Positions 20,210 to 29,669 are shown, counted from the stretch's first letter. The stretch is 64,000 nucleotides of DNA from Chloroflexota bacterium (GCA_027593235.1 JAQCIU010000003.1:77844-141843); one strand, 5' to 3'. Notes: generated by a model not told the origin, from the letters alone. Numbers and translations: made by a program.

Positions 20210-21084
20210 TCGTTGTCCCGCCGCTCCGGCATCGACTGCTCCTTCGCATCGGCAGCGTCAGCCGTTGCGTTCGCCGAGCCGTTCCCACCACCGAGACGCG
20301 CACGCAGCCGTTCGACGATCGCGGGCAACACCTCGCCCGAGGGACCGGGGATGACGACGGTGGCGAAGTCGGTGAGCGGGGTCGGTTCCGGGTTGACCTC
20401 GATCAACGGCACGCCTCGACGGAGCGCGTCCACGGGGAATTGTGCGGCGGGGTAGACGACGGCGGAGGTGCCGATGGTCATGAAACAGTCGGCGATAGCG
20501 GTCTCCTCCGCGCAACGGCGCAAGGCGGTCGGTGGGATCGGCTCGCCGAACATCACGGTATCGCTCTTCACCACGCTGCCGCACTCCGGGCAGCTTGGCG
20601 GGAGGGCGTCCGCGTCGATCACGAACTCCTCGCGAGGCCAGCGCGCCTCGCAGGTGAGGCAGCGGATCCAGTAACGGTTGCCGTGGATCTCGGTCAGGGA
20701 GGTCTGACCGGCGCGACGGTGCAGGTCATCGATGTTCTGGGTGATCAGGTGGCCGAGGATGCCGAGGTGCTCGAGTTCGGCGAGCGCGACATGGCCGGGG
20801 TTGGGCTGCGAGGCCTCGAGGGCCTGCGCGAACGGGTCGTTGCGGCCCTGCTCGATGCGGCGCTCCCACCAGCGGCGCGGATCGGCGGCGAAGGTCTCGA
20901 ACTGGTTGAGCGGCGGCTCGCCGTGCTTGGTCCAGAGACCGTCTTCTCCTCGGAAGGTGGGGATGCCGGACTCCTTGGACATCCCGGCGCCGGCGAGCAC
21001 GACGGTGTGGCCGGCGCGCGCGAGCAGACCGACCGCGAGATCGATCGCACCAGTGTGGTCGGCGAGGTCGAACGGCTGCGGCAT
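20206..21084 (-). CDS. cobB: NAD-dependent protein deacylase (sirtuin)
   Basis: GAGMSKESGIPTFRG, ITQNIDDLH, HGN, CxxC...CxxC Zn site, GTSAVVYPAA. Confidence 0.93.
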   Translation of the reverse strand: MPQPFDLADHTGAIDLAVGLLARAGHTVVLAGAGMSKESGIPTFRGEDGLWTKHGEPPLNQFETFAADPRRWWERRIEQGRNDPFAQALEASQPNPGHVALAELEHLGILGHLITQNIDDLHRRAGQTSLTEIHGNRYWIRCLTCEARWPREEFVIDADALPPSCPECGSVVKSDTVMFGEPIPPTALRRCAEETAIADCFMTIGTSAVVYPAAQFPVDALRRGVPLIEVNPEPTPLTDFATVVIPGPSGEVLPAIVERLRARLGGGNGSANATADAADAKEQSMPERRDNE

Positions 21085-21229
21085 CGCGCGATGCTACCGA
21101 GTGCCCGAGGCGAAGGGTAGGTCCGACAATCGATTTCAGAGGGGCCGAAGGTGAGCCTCCGGCGGTACCGATGGGCCGCGCCCAGAAGCAACCCGCGACG
21201 TACGCTCGAAGGAACGGAGGCGGCGGTCG

Positions 21230-21808
21230 ATGACAACGTGGCTCACACCTCGACACCTCATTGCCGTCGCGCTGGTGCTGGTGATCGGCGGGCTGTTCAT
21301 CTGGCGCGAGTACGGCGGCACCGACGCGCCCTCGACGGTGATCGCGGCCGGCGAGGCGGCGCTGGCCGTCGAGGTTGGCGAACCGGTGCCGGATTTCCAA
21401 CTGGCGACCCCGGACGGCGGCACGCTTCGGCTGTCCGACTTCCGCGGTCAGGCGGTGGTGCTGAACTTCTGGGCGACATGGTGCGGCCCCTGCCGCGCCG
21501 AGATGCCGGAGCTGCAGCGGATTCATGACGAACACAGCGCGGACGGCTCACTGACCGTGATCGGCGTGGATGTGATGGAGTCGCCGGGCGCGGTGACCGC
21601 GTTCGCCGCGGAGTTGGAGCTGACGTTCCCGATGGCACTGGACTCGGATGGCCAGCTCTTCGAGACCTTCGGGTTGATCGGGCTGCCGGGCACCTTCTTC
21701 ATCGACGCCGATGGAGTGCTGCGGTCGCGGGTCCTCGGGCAGTTGCACGGCGAACTGCTCGACAACGGGCTGGCGGCGATCCTCGGAGATGCCGTCGCCG
21801 CGCGTTGA
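21230..21808 (+). CDS. TlpA/ResA-like thiol-disulfide oxidoreductase
   Basis: N-terminal TM anchor, NFWATWCGPCRAEMP, GLPGTFFID. Confidence 0.93.
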   Translation: MTTWLTPRHLIAVALVLVIGGLFIWREYGGTDAPSTVIAAGEAALAVEVGEPVPDFQLATPDGGTLRLSDFRGQAVVLNFWATWCGPCRAEMPELQRIHDEHSADGSLTVIGVDVMESPGAVTAFAAELELTFPMALDSDGQLFETFGLIGLPGTFFIDADGVLRSRVLGQLHGELLDNGLAAILGDAVAAR

Positions 21809-21947
21809 GCGCGCGGTCTACTCCCGGCGCCGGACGCTGACGGAACGACTGGCCTCGGTCGGTGGTGCGCTCGGGAGGGTGGCCTAGACTCGGGCGGCAG
21901 CCACGTCTCGCGCGGCATCGCGCGCGGCGAGCCGAGCGGAGCAGCGC

Positions 21948-22349
21948 GTGCGACTGGAACTGGCCTTTCTCTGTGATGCGGCGACGGAATCGGGCGGGAA
22001 GCTCAACGCCCTGGGCATCGCGATCGACCGTCTGATCGTGCCGGTGCTGCCGCAGCGACACCGACGGTTGGTCCTGGTGGTGCGGATCGTGTTCGAACCG
22101 GAAGACCAGGGCTCCCACCAGTTCGCGATCGAATTGATTGGTCCGGACGGCAACGCCGTCGCCCCGCGCGCGGAGGCACAGTTGGAGGTACAGGTCGCGG
22201 ATCCGGCGCAGCCGACGCGGGCGAACGTCATCATTGAGCTGGCGAATCCGGAGTTCACGGTGATCGGGCCGCACGAGGCGAAGCTGAGCCTGGACGGATC
22301 CGAGCTGGTCGCGCTGCCCCTGGAGGTCTCGCTGCGCGAGGTGGGTTAG
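21948..22349 (+). CDS. conserved hypothetical protein (DUF6941-like)
   Basis: AFLCDAATESGGKLNALG N-terminus is typical of this beta-sandwich family. Confidence 0.65.
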   Translation: MRLELAFLCDAATESGGKLNALGIAIDRLIVPVLPQRHRRLVLVVRIVFEPEDQGSHQFAIELIGPDGNAVAPRAEAQLEVQVADPAQPTRANVIIELANPEFTVIGPHEAKLSLDGSELVALPLEVSLREVG

Positions 22350-22444
22350 GGTTCGCCTCGCCCCAACCAAGGGGAATCCCGCTCGCTTTGGCCGCGGCCG
22401 CCCGCTTCACTGACAAGACAACGACGCAGGCGTGCAGGTGCTCC

Positions 22445-22642
22445 ATGACCAAACTGACCGCAGACGACATCGTCGACCTGGGGCGATGGCATTTCATCCA
22501 GTTCAAGGATGAGGCCACCGCCGAGGCCGCGATGAACAAGTACCGCCGCTTCGTCGAGCGTCAGCGACGCACGACCGAGGGCGCTGGTGGGGCTCAGTAC
22601 TTCGACGACCCTGCCGATGATCAGGATCAGCAGGCGGCGTAA
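22445..22642 (+). CDS. small hypothetical protein
   Basis: 65 aa from ATG 22445 with AGGTG RBS; coding-like GC3 bias; no recognised motif. Confidence 0.55.
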   Translation: MTKLTADDIVDLGRWHFIQFKDEATAEAAMNKYRRFVERQRRTTEGAGGAQYFDDPADDQDQQAA

Positions 22643-22863
22643 CTCGCTCCCGCTCCCCGAGGCCCCTTGCTGCATTGGCACTCGCGTCGATCCGCTCGAT
22701 GACGCGAGTGTCTCCACGTGCCGAGCGCGGCCGCGCCCGTGCCCGCGTGCGAGCGCTTCACCATCCTCGATTGATGCGACAGCTCGTGAGTTGACGCCGC
22801 TTCGCGTCCGCTGCCAGATTGCGCCCACTGCGGGACACTCCCGCGAACGCGTGAGGAGCAGCT

Positions 22864-23079
22864 GTGGCGGACGTGAATGCGGAATGGCCGGGGCGTGTGG
22901 CGGAAGTCCACGTGGCGGTTGGCGATCAGGTCGAGGCTGAGCAAGAACTGTTTACGCTCGAGTCGATGAAGATGCTGACGCCGATTCCGGCATCGCGCGC
23001 TGGCAAGATCGCCGAGATCCTGGTGGCAGTCGACGACTTCGTCGACGAAGGCGCCACCCTCGCTCGCCTCGCAGACTGA
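22864..23079 (+). CDS. biotin carboxyl carrier protein
   Basis: ESMKM biotinylation motif, 71 aa, GAGGAG RBS. Confidence 0.92.
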   Translation: MADVNAEWPGRVAEVHVAVGDQVEAEQELFTLESMKMLTPIPASRAGKIAEILVAVDDFVDEGATLARLAD

Positions 23080-23145
23080 CCGAATCACGGGAAGCCGCCC
23101 GCCTCGCGGACTGATGCGCTCGCGAGCGGCAGGCCGGAGGGACGC

Positions 23146-24705
23146 ATGGTCTGGCAACCGGAGATCGACGACCTGAAGCGACGCCGCGAGCTGGCGTACG
23201 AGATGGGCTCGCCCGAGCGCGTCCAGCGACACCACGACCGCGGCCACCTGACCGTTCGTGAGCGGCTGGATCTGCTTGTCGATCCCGGGACGTTCCGCGA
23301 ACGCGGCGTGCTGGCCGGCAAGGCGACGTACGACGAGGACGGCAACCTCGCGAGTTTCATCCCGTCCAACTACGTGATGGGTGTCGCGAAAATTGATGGC
23401 CGATCGGTGGTCGTCGGTGGCGATGACTTCACCGTCCGGGGTGGCGCGGCCGACGGTGCGGTGGGCGGCAAGTCCGGCCACGCGGAGCGGATGGCCGCCG
23501 AGCTGCGCATCCCGGTGATCCGGATGGTCGACGGCACGGGCGGCGGCGGCTCGGTCAAAACGATCGAGGACATCGGCCGGACCTACATCCCCGGCAACAC
23601 CGGCTGGGACGTGATCACGCGGGCGATGTCGGAGATCCCGATGGTTGCCACGGCGATGGGATCGATCGCGGGCATCGGCGCGGCACGCGTCGCCGCCAGC
23701 CACTTTTCGATCATGATCAAAGGCAACTCGCAGGTCTTCATCGCCGGCCCGCCGGTGGTGGAGCGCGCCTTCGGGCAGCCGATCGAGAAGGAAGACCTCG
23801 GCGGATCGCACATCCACGCGCACGGTAGCGGTGTCGTCGACAACGAGGTGGAGACGGAGGAGGAGGCGTTCGAGGAGATCAAGCGCTTCCTCTCGTACCT
23901 GCCCTCGAACGCCTGGCAGCTTCCACCGGTGTGCGAGAGCAGCGACCCGTGGGATCGGCGCGACGAGGGCTTGCTCTCCGTGATCCCGAGGGACCGCCGC
24001 CGCCCCCACGACATCCGCAAGCTGCTGGCGATGATCCTGGATGAGGGCAGCTTCTTCGAGATCGCGCGCTACTTCGGTCCGTCGCTTGTGGTGGGGCTGG
24101 CGCGCCTCGGGGGGCGACCGGTCGGCGTGCTCGCGAACGACCCACGGATGCTCGGCGGCTCGATGGATGGCGCGGCCTCTGACAAGTTCGCGCGCTTCAT
24201 CGACCTCTTCGACACCTTTAATCTGCCGATCGTGAATTTCGTCGATCAGCCGGGCTTCATGCTGGGGACGGCCGCGGAGTCCTCGGGCGTGGCGCGTCGC
24301 GGGGTGCGAGCGCTCGCGGCCGTGAACCAGGCAGTGGTGCCTTGGGCCTCGGTGGTGGTGCGCCGCGCGTACGGCGTCGCCGGGGCGGGGCATCAGAACC
24401 ACGCGCGCTGGAACTACCGGATCGCGTGGCCCTCGGGCGACTGGGGTTCGCTGCCAATCGAGGGCGGCGTGCAAGCCGCCTACCGGCGCGACATCGAGGC
24501 GGCCGAGGATCCGGACGCGTATCGCGCGGCCCTCGAGGAGAAGCTGAGCGACCTGCGCTCGCCGTTCCGCACGGCGGAGGCGTTCAACATCGAAGACATC
24601 ATCGATCCTCGGGAGACTCGCCCGCTGCTCTGCGAGTGGGTGGAGCTGGTGTACCAGTCGCTGGACACGATCGCGCGCCCGAAGTCGCGGGGGACGCGGC
24701 CGTAG
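23146..24705 (+). CDS. acyl-CoA carboxylase carboxyltransferase subunit
   Basis: LTVRERLDLLVDPGTF, DDFTVRGG, FVDQPGF, IIDPRETR. Confidence 0.93.
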   Translation: MVWQPEIDDLKRRRELAYEMGSPERVQRHHDRGHLTVRERLDLLVDPGTFRERGVLAGKATYDEDGNLASFIPSNYVMGVAKIDGRSVVVGGDDFTVRGGAADGAVGGKSGHAERMAAELRIPVIRMVDGTGGGGSVKTIEDIGRTYIPGNTGWDVITRAMSEIPMVATAMGSIAGIGAARVAASHFSIMIKGNSQVFIAGPPVVERAFGQPIEKEDLGGSHIHAHGSGVVDNEVETEEEAFEEIKRFLSYLPSNAWQLPPVCESSDPWDRRDEGLLSVIPRDRRRPHDIRKLLAMILDEGSFFEIARYFGPSLVVGLARLGGRPVGVLANDPRMLGGSMDGAASDKFARFIDLFDTFNLPIVNFVDQPGFMLGTAAESSGVARRGVRALAAVNQAVVPWASVVVRRAYGVAGAGHQNHARWNYRIAWPSGDWGSLPIEGGVQAAYRRDIEAAEDPDAYRAALEEKLSDLRSPFRTAEAFNIEDIIDPRETRPLLCEWVELVYQSLDTIARPKSRGTRP

Positions 24706-25024
24706 GGGCGTTCCTTCGGACGGCGGTGAGGAGACCGAGGACTAGCGCGAGGGCGCCGACGGTCGCGACGCCGAGCAGCAACGGCGCCGGCATCCAGGCG
24801 AACCGCTGTCGCGGTTCGCCGGTCCACGACTTGAGTTCCTCACGACCGCCGAGGGCGAGCTTGTCGAGGATGTGCGAGACGTGGAATCGCACGGTGTTCA
24901 CGCTGATGCCGAGTCGGACTGCGATCTCCGCGTTGGTCCGTCCGTCGCGCACGTGCTCGGCCACCCGCCATTCAGCGGGGGTGAGTACGTCCGGATGTCG
25001 CGGGCGTCCGCGTCCCCTGGCCAC
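24599..25024 (-). CDS. LuxR-type HTH protein with C-terminal TM segment (possibly truncated)
   Basis: LTPAEWRV...GRTNAEIAVRLGISVNTVRFHVSHILDKL, then a hydrophobic helix; 3' end overlaps convergent gene by 107 bp. Confidence 0.7.
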   Translation of the reverse strand: MARGRGRPRHPDVLTPAEWRVAEHVRDGRTNAEIAVRLGISVNTVRFHVSHILDKLALGGREELKSWTGEPRQRFAWMPAPLLLGVATVGALALVLGLLTAVRRNAPTAASPATSGARSCPATGTPAPPTRRAAGESPEDR

Positions 25025-25082
25025 GCCCCGATCCTAGGGATTCCGCGGGCGAATTACGCCGTCCTCGGGCGGTGGCCGACGG

Positions 25083-25532
25083 TTAGTCGGCGTGTCCGCG
25101 GGGGGTGCCACCATCCCGGGGGATGCGGATCTCATCTGGGAATTCGGCGAGGAGGATTCGTGGGTCCTCGCCGGCGAAGAAGCGGCGGGTGAACTCGGCC
25201 CAGCGGAGTGCGGGGCGCATCTCGATGCGGAGGCGGACGGGGTCCTCCGTTGGGTTCCACGCGAGATGGGCGGCGCCCGGCGGCGCGGATATCTGCTCGC
25301 CAGCTCCGAGTTCAGTTTCCACCCCGTCGATCAGGAAGGCGGCGCGGCCTTCGAGCACGCGCCACGTTTCTTCCATGCCGGGGTGGATGTGGGCAGCCGC
25401 CCGCTGACCCGGTCTTGGCCATTCGACAGCCATCGCGAGCAGTTCGGGTGTTTCGGAGATCACCTCGACCCGCTCGCCCGTGAGCGGGTTTACGAACACA
25501 TTCCGCGCGGCGTCGGATGGCAGAGTGCTCAC
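25083..25532 (-). CDS. cupin-domain protein
   Basis: HIHPGMEE...GAAHLAWN cupin motifs. Confidence 0.85.
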   Translation of the reverse strand: MSTLPSDAARNVFVNPLTGERVEVISETPELLAMAVEWPRPGQRAAAHIHPGMEETWRVLEGRAAFLIDGVETELGAGEQISAPPGAAHLAWNPTEDPVRLRIEMRPALRWAEFTRRFFAGEDPRILLAEFPDEIRIPRDGGTPRGHAD

Positions 25533-25539
25533 GTCGCGT

Positions 25540-26199
25540 CTAGTCGATGATGCGGTGGTGGCGGAGGGTGGCCATCATCTGGGTGGCGGGGTCGTTGGCG
25601 TAGTCGATGTGGCGGGCGGACCAGCCGTAGCGGCGGGCGGCGTCGACGTTGGGCTTGGTGTCTTCGAAGAAGAGGATGCGCGCCTTGTTCAGGTCGGCGG
25701 CTTCGACGAAGGCGTCGAAGATGGCGGGGTCGGGCTTGGCCTGGCGGAGGATGTGGCTGGCGTGGAGCTGCTGGATCGCGCCGAGGTTGGGGTAGTCGGC
25801 GTAGCTCTTGTCGTCGACGCCGAGCAGTTCCCAGTGGCGCTGGTTGGTGTTGGAGAGGGCGGCGGTCGCGAGGCCGGCGTCGTGGATGGCGTCGATCACC
25901 TCGCGGATGCCGGGGTACTCCTCGATGGTCCAGGCTTCCATGATTCGCTTCGCGTCCTCGGGGGTGTAGGCGCCCTCGGAGGCCTCGGAGATGGCGGTGG
26001 CCCAATCTTCGAACTCGATGCCGCCGGTCTGGTAGGCGTGGGCAGCTTCGGCGCTACGCGGGTGGAAGTCGGGCGAGGTGAGCATCGGGTGGTCGCCGGG
26101 CAGGCCGGCGAGGCGATGGGCGTCGTTCCAGCCGCGGGCGATCTGCACGAGCACGCCGCCGAGGTCGAAGACGACCGCATCGATTCGAGTTTTTGCCAC
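25540..26199 (-). CDS. HAD-family phosphatase
   Basis: VVFDLGGVL, LSNT, KPDPAIF, FFED. Confidence 0.9.
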   Translation of the reverse strand: MAKTRIDAVVFDLGGVLVQIARGWNDAHRLAGLPGDHPMLTSPDFHPRSAEAAHAYQTGGIEFEDWATAISEASEGAYTPEDAKRIMEAWTIEEYPGIREVIDAIHDAGLATAALSNTNQRHWELLGVDDKSYADYPNLGAIQQLHASHILRQAKPDPAIFDAFVEAADLNKARILFFEDTKPNVDAARRYGWSARHIDYANDPATQMMATLRHHRIID

Positions 26200-27408
26200 T
26201 TAGATTGCCCCTGCCTCGCGTAGTTGTTCGATCTCGGGCCAGGTGTAGCCGGCCTCGAGGAGTATCTCCTCAGTGTGCATCCCCAGCTCAGGGCCGCCAC
26301 CGCGGATGCGCGGCGGGGTGGCGCTCATCTGCACCGGAGGGCCGGGGACGCGCATCGAGCCGAGCTGGTCGTGCTCGATCTCCTGGAAGTAGCCGTTGGC
26401 CCAGAACTGCTCGTGCTGGACGACGCCTTCGTAGTCGAGGACGGGGGCGTGCGGGACATCGGCGGCGGTGAGCGGGCCGATCCAGTCGGCGAGCGGGCGC
26501 TCCGAGAAGATCGCTGCCAGCGCCTCGACGAGTTCCTCCTTGTGGGCGGCGCGGCCGAAGGGATCGAGGAAGCGCGGATCCTCGTTGAGTTCGGGGTGGC
26601 GGAGGGCGTCACACATCCGTTCCCAGAAGCGCTGGGTGTTGGCGGCGATGGCGATGTGCTTGCCGTCGGCGCAGGCGTAGTTGGTGTAGGTGGCCGCGCG
26701 CCGGCGCTCGAAGCCGCTCTGGAACGCGGTGCGGAGGTAGCGCGTGAACTGCATCGACTGCAGCGCGGTCAGCCCGCCAATCAACGAGACGTCGACGTGC
26801 TGCCCGACCCCGAAACGCTCGCGCGCGAACAGCGCCGAGGACACGCCGAAGGCGAGGAGCATGGCGCCGATCTGATCGGCAAAGCCGCCGATCAGCGCGT
26901 GCGGCTCACCGCCGGGCCCGTCGCCCTGCTCGTACATCACGCCGCTGAGCGCCTGGCCGACGTGGTCGTAGCCGGGGCTGTTCGCCAGCGGTCCCTGTCG
27001 TCCCCACGAGGAACCCGAGCCGACGATGATGTCCTCGCGGATCTGCTTGAGGTCCTCGTAGCCGAGGCCCCACTTCTCCATCGCGCCCGGACGGAAGTTC
27101 TCGACAACGACGTCGAAGGAGGGGATGAGCCGTCGGACGACGTCGCGCGCCTCGGAGGTGCGCAGGTTGAGGGTGATCGACTTCTTGCTGCGGTTGTAGC
27201 CCTCGAAGTAGGCGGAGAAGCCGGTGTCGTCGCGGCCGTTCGCGCGTCCCGGTTCGCCGCCGGGTTCTTCGACCTTGACCACCTCGGCTCCCATTTCGGC
27301 GAGGAGCATCGTGGCGAACGGACCCTGCTGGTAGCGGGTGAAGTCGAGGATGCGGGTGCCTGTCAGCGCAGAGGCGCCGTCCGGGAGGGGCAAGTGTTCA
27401 GAGGTCAT
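26200..27408 (-). CDS. CaiB/BaiF family III CoA-transferase
   Basis: LDFTRYQQGP, GAEVVKVE, NRSKKS, ENFRPG, ADQIGA. Confidence 0.93.
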   Translation of the reverse strand: MTSEHLPLPDGASALTGTRILDFTRYQQGPFATMLLAEMGAEVVKVEEPGGEPGRANGRDDTGFSAYFEGYNRSKKSITLNLRTSEARDVVRRLIPSFDVVVENFRPGAMEKWGLGYEDLKQIREDIIVGSGSSWGRQGPLANSPGYDHVGQALSGVMYEQGDGPGGEPHALIGGFADQIGAMLLAFGVSSALFARERFGVGQHVDVSLIGGLTALQSMQFTRYLRTAFQSGFERRRAATYTNYACADGKHIAIAANTQRFWERMCDALRHPELNEDPRFLDPFGRAAHKEELVEALAAIFSERPLADWIGPLTAADVPHAPVLDYEGVVQHEQFWANGYFQEIEHDQLGSMRVPGPPVQMSATPPRIRGGGPELGMHTEEILLEAGYTWPEIEQLREAGAI

Positions 27409-27411
27409 TGA

Positions 27412-27972
27412 CTACACGTCATAACGGTAAGTCCACTCCGGCTGCCAGTAGTCGCCACTGGTGGTCGAGGCGAGCGCGTCGGCGAGCGGCACGCCTTGGG
27501 CGATGTGTTCGAGGGCGACGTACGGGGCGTGGTGGCCGATCAGCAGCACGGTGCCGCGAGGGTACTCGCGGGCGAGATCATCGAGGAGCGCGCGGATGCG
27601 GACGGCGACGTCCTCGTAGCTCTCGCCCTTGGGGAAGGGCGCGCCGACGCGGCTCGCGCGGATGGTGTCGACCGCGGATTTCGGCGCACCGTTGAGGTCG
27701 CCGTAGTTGCACTCGCGGAGGCGCCGGTCGATGCGGATCGGGAGGCCGCGATCCTCGAAGGCGAGTTCGGCGGTGCGGCGGGCGCGCAGCAGATCCGAGG
27801 CGACGACCACCTCGAAGGTGCGGGTCGCCCAGCGGGCGGCGCGCTCGGCGCACTCTTCGATGCCGCGCGGGGCGAGGTCGGGGTCGGCGTGGCCGGAGGC
27901 GATGCCGGCGACGTTATCGGTGCTGGTGGCGTGGGTGCTGTAGACGATTTGCACGACGCCCTCCAGGAGCAC
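27412..27972 (-). CDS. histidine phosphatase family protein
   Basis: THATSTDN, SDLLRARRTA, LRECNYG, GES, IGH. Confidence 0.85.
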   Translation of the reverse strand: MLLEGVVQIVYSTHATSTDNVAGIASGHADPDLAPRGIEECAERAARWATRTFEVVVASDLLRARRTAELAFEDRGLPIRIDRRLRECNYGDLNGAPKSAVDTIRASRVGAPFPKGESYEDVAVRIRALLDDLAREYPRGTVLLIGHHAPYVALEHIAQGVPLADALASTTSGDYWQPEWTYRYDV

Positions 27973-28080
27973 ATCGAGTTCCCGACCTTACCTCGGAACG
28001 TTCGCTAGCAGAGGCGAAGCCCCAAGAAGGGCTCGAAGACCCCCTCGCGGTTGGTGTGGGGGCAGTCTACGATTCGGCGC

Positions 28081-29214
28081 ATGCCCACAACTAACCAGGT
28101 AGCCGTCGTCGGGATTGGCGAGACCGACTACTCGCGCGAGTCCGGGCGTAGCGAGCTGACGCTCTCGCTGCAGGCGATCGCGGCTGCCCTCGAGGATGCC
28201 GGGCTTGACGGGCCGCAGGTCGATGGGCTGATGAGCTGGGCGGTCGATACGTCCTCCGAGGCGACAGTGGCCGAGAACCTGGGCGTACGCGACCTGAAGT
28301 GGTTCGGGCAGATCAACCAGGCCGGCAATGTTGGCGCCGCGCTGGTGGCCAGCGCATCCGCCGCGATTCGCGCGGGCCTCGCCGAGGTGGTGGTGATCTA
28401 CCGAGGGGTGAACGGCCGCTCCGGGCGCCGCTACGGCAGCGGCGAGGTGACCGGGCGACGCGGCCACGGCGCCGGTGCGTTCAGCGAACCGTTCGGGATG
28501 CTGACGCCGCAGCACGGCCTCGCGATGCAGGCGCAACGACGGATGTACGAGACCGGCACGACGAGCCGTCAGTTCGGCATGGTCGCCGTGACCGAACGGA
28601 TGCACGCGAATCGCAACCCGCGCGCGACCTTCCACGACCGCCCGCTGACGATCGAGGAGCACCAGCAGTCGCGCTTCATCGTCGAGCCGTTTCGGCTCTA
28701 CGACTGCTGCCTCGAGACCGACGGCGGCGGGGCGATCGTCTTGACCTCGCTGGAGCGGGCGCGCGATCTGAAGCAGGCGCCGGTGGTGATCCGGGCGGCT
28801 GCGCAGCACGCATACGCGGCGGACCGCCAGTACACGGACACTGCGGCGAAGTTCCTGGCGCCTCGGTTGTGGGCGCAGGCGGGGATCGGGCCGGGCGACA
28901 TCGACGTGGCGCAGATCTACGACCACTTCGCGCCGTTCGTTGTGTTTGCGCTGGAGGACTACGGGTTCGTCGAACGTGGCGACGGTGGGCCGCTGGTGGA
29001 ATCGGGCGGGATCGCCTGGGACGGCGGCCTGCTGCCGGTGAACACCTCGGGCGGTCATCTCTCTGAGGCGTACATGCAGGGGATGAACCAGCTACTGGAG
29101 GGCGTGCGCCAGGTGCGAGGCAGCTCGACCGCGCAGGTGAAGGACGTCAACGCGTCGTTCGTCGATACGGGGATTGGCACCGGCGCGGTGATCTTCGGGC
29201 CGGATGCGCGATGA
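28081..29214 (+). CDS. thiolase-like / lipid-transfer (SCP-x type) protein
   Basis: VVGIGET, DCCLETDGG, QIYDHF, NTSGGHLSEAY; ATG 28081 lies 7 nt after TACGAT. Confidence 0.9.
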   Translation: MPTTNQVAVVGIGETDYSRESGRSELTLSLQAIAAALEDAGLDGPQVDGLMSWAVDTSSEATVAENLGVRDLKWFGQINQAGNVGAALVASASAAIRAGLAEVVVIYRGVNGRSGRRYGSGEVTGRRGHGAGAFSEPFGMLTPQHGLAMQAQRRMYETGTTSRQFGMVAVTERMHANRNPRATFHDRPLTIEEHQQSRFIVEPFRLYDCCLETDGGGAIVLTSLERARDLKQAPVVIRAAAQHAYAADRQYTDTAAKFLAPRLWAQAGIGPGDIDVAQIYDHFAPFVVFALEDYGFVERGDGGPLVESGGIAWDGGLLPVNTSGGHLSEAYMQGMNQLLEGVRQVRGSSTAQVKDVNASFVDTGIGTGAVIFGPDAR

Positions 29215-29669
29215 GCGACTCCGGCGCGAACGACGCGGTCACCTCGGAGGGACCGAACATCCTCGGCGAGCGGCTGTTGCCGGTCCCGGAGCCGGAGCAT
29301 CAGCCGTACTGGGACGCGCTGCGCGCGGGCGAGCTGCGCATCCAGCAGTGCAGCTCGTGCGATTCGCTCCGGCACTCGCCGCAGCCACTTTGCCCTCGAT
29401 GCCGCGGCGCGGAGTACACGTGGGCGCGGATGAGCGGCCGCGGCACGGTCTACAGCTACGTGGTGACACACCAGGCGACGAACGCGGCGTTCCGCGACCA
29501 GACGCCGTTCGCGACCGTGCTCGTCGAACTCGAGGAGGGGCCGCGCCTCTACTCCAACCTCGTGGGCGTCGCCCCCGAGGCGATCACGATCGGGATGCCG
29601 GTGGAGGTGGTGTTCCACGCGGTCACCGAGGAGATCACACTGCCGCTGTTCCGGCGAGCGACCTCGTAG
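29211..29669 (+). CDS. Zn-ribbon + OB-fold protein (DUF35/ChsH2-like)
   Basis: CxxC...CPxC, GRGTVYSY, VELEEGPR; ATGA overlap with thiolase-like gene. Confidence 0.92.
   Translation: MSDSGANDAVTSEGPNILGERLLPVPEPEHQPYWDALRAGELRIQQCSSCDSLRHSPQPLCPRCRGAEYTWARMSGRGTVYSYVVTHQATNAAFRDQTPFATVLVELEEGPRLYSNLVGVAPEAITIGMPVEVVFHAVTEEITLPLFRRATS

Noticed and set aside
20206-21084. Sirtuin as an anti-phage (SIR2/Thoeris-type) effector
   Set aside because: It has the Zn-binding module and motifs of housekeeping CobB deacylases, and no defence-gene context
21230-21808. Other possible selenoproteins (TlpA, ArsM, Trx-Crp)
   Set aside because: Their redox motifs are encoded by Cys codons with no in-frame TGA
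22627-24474. Long antisense ORFs (also 30621..32429, 46236..47681, 50907..52841, 14568..16076 and others)
   Set aside because: Expected in high-GC DNA opposite well-supported genes; no motifs and Arg/Pro/His-biased composition
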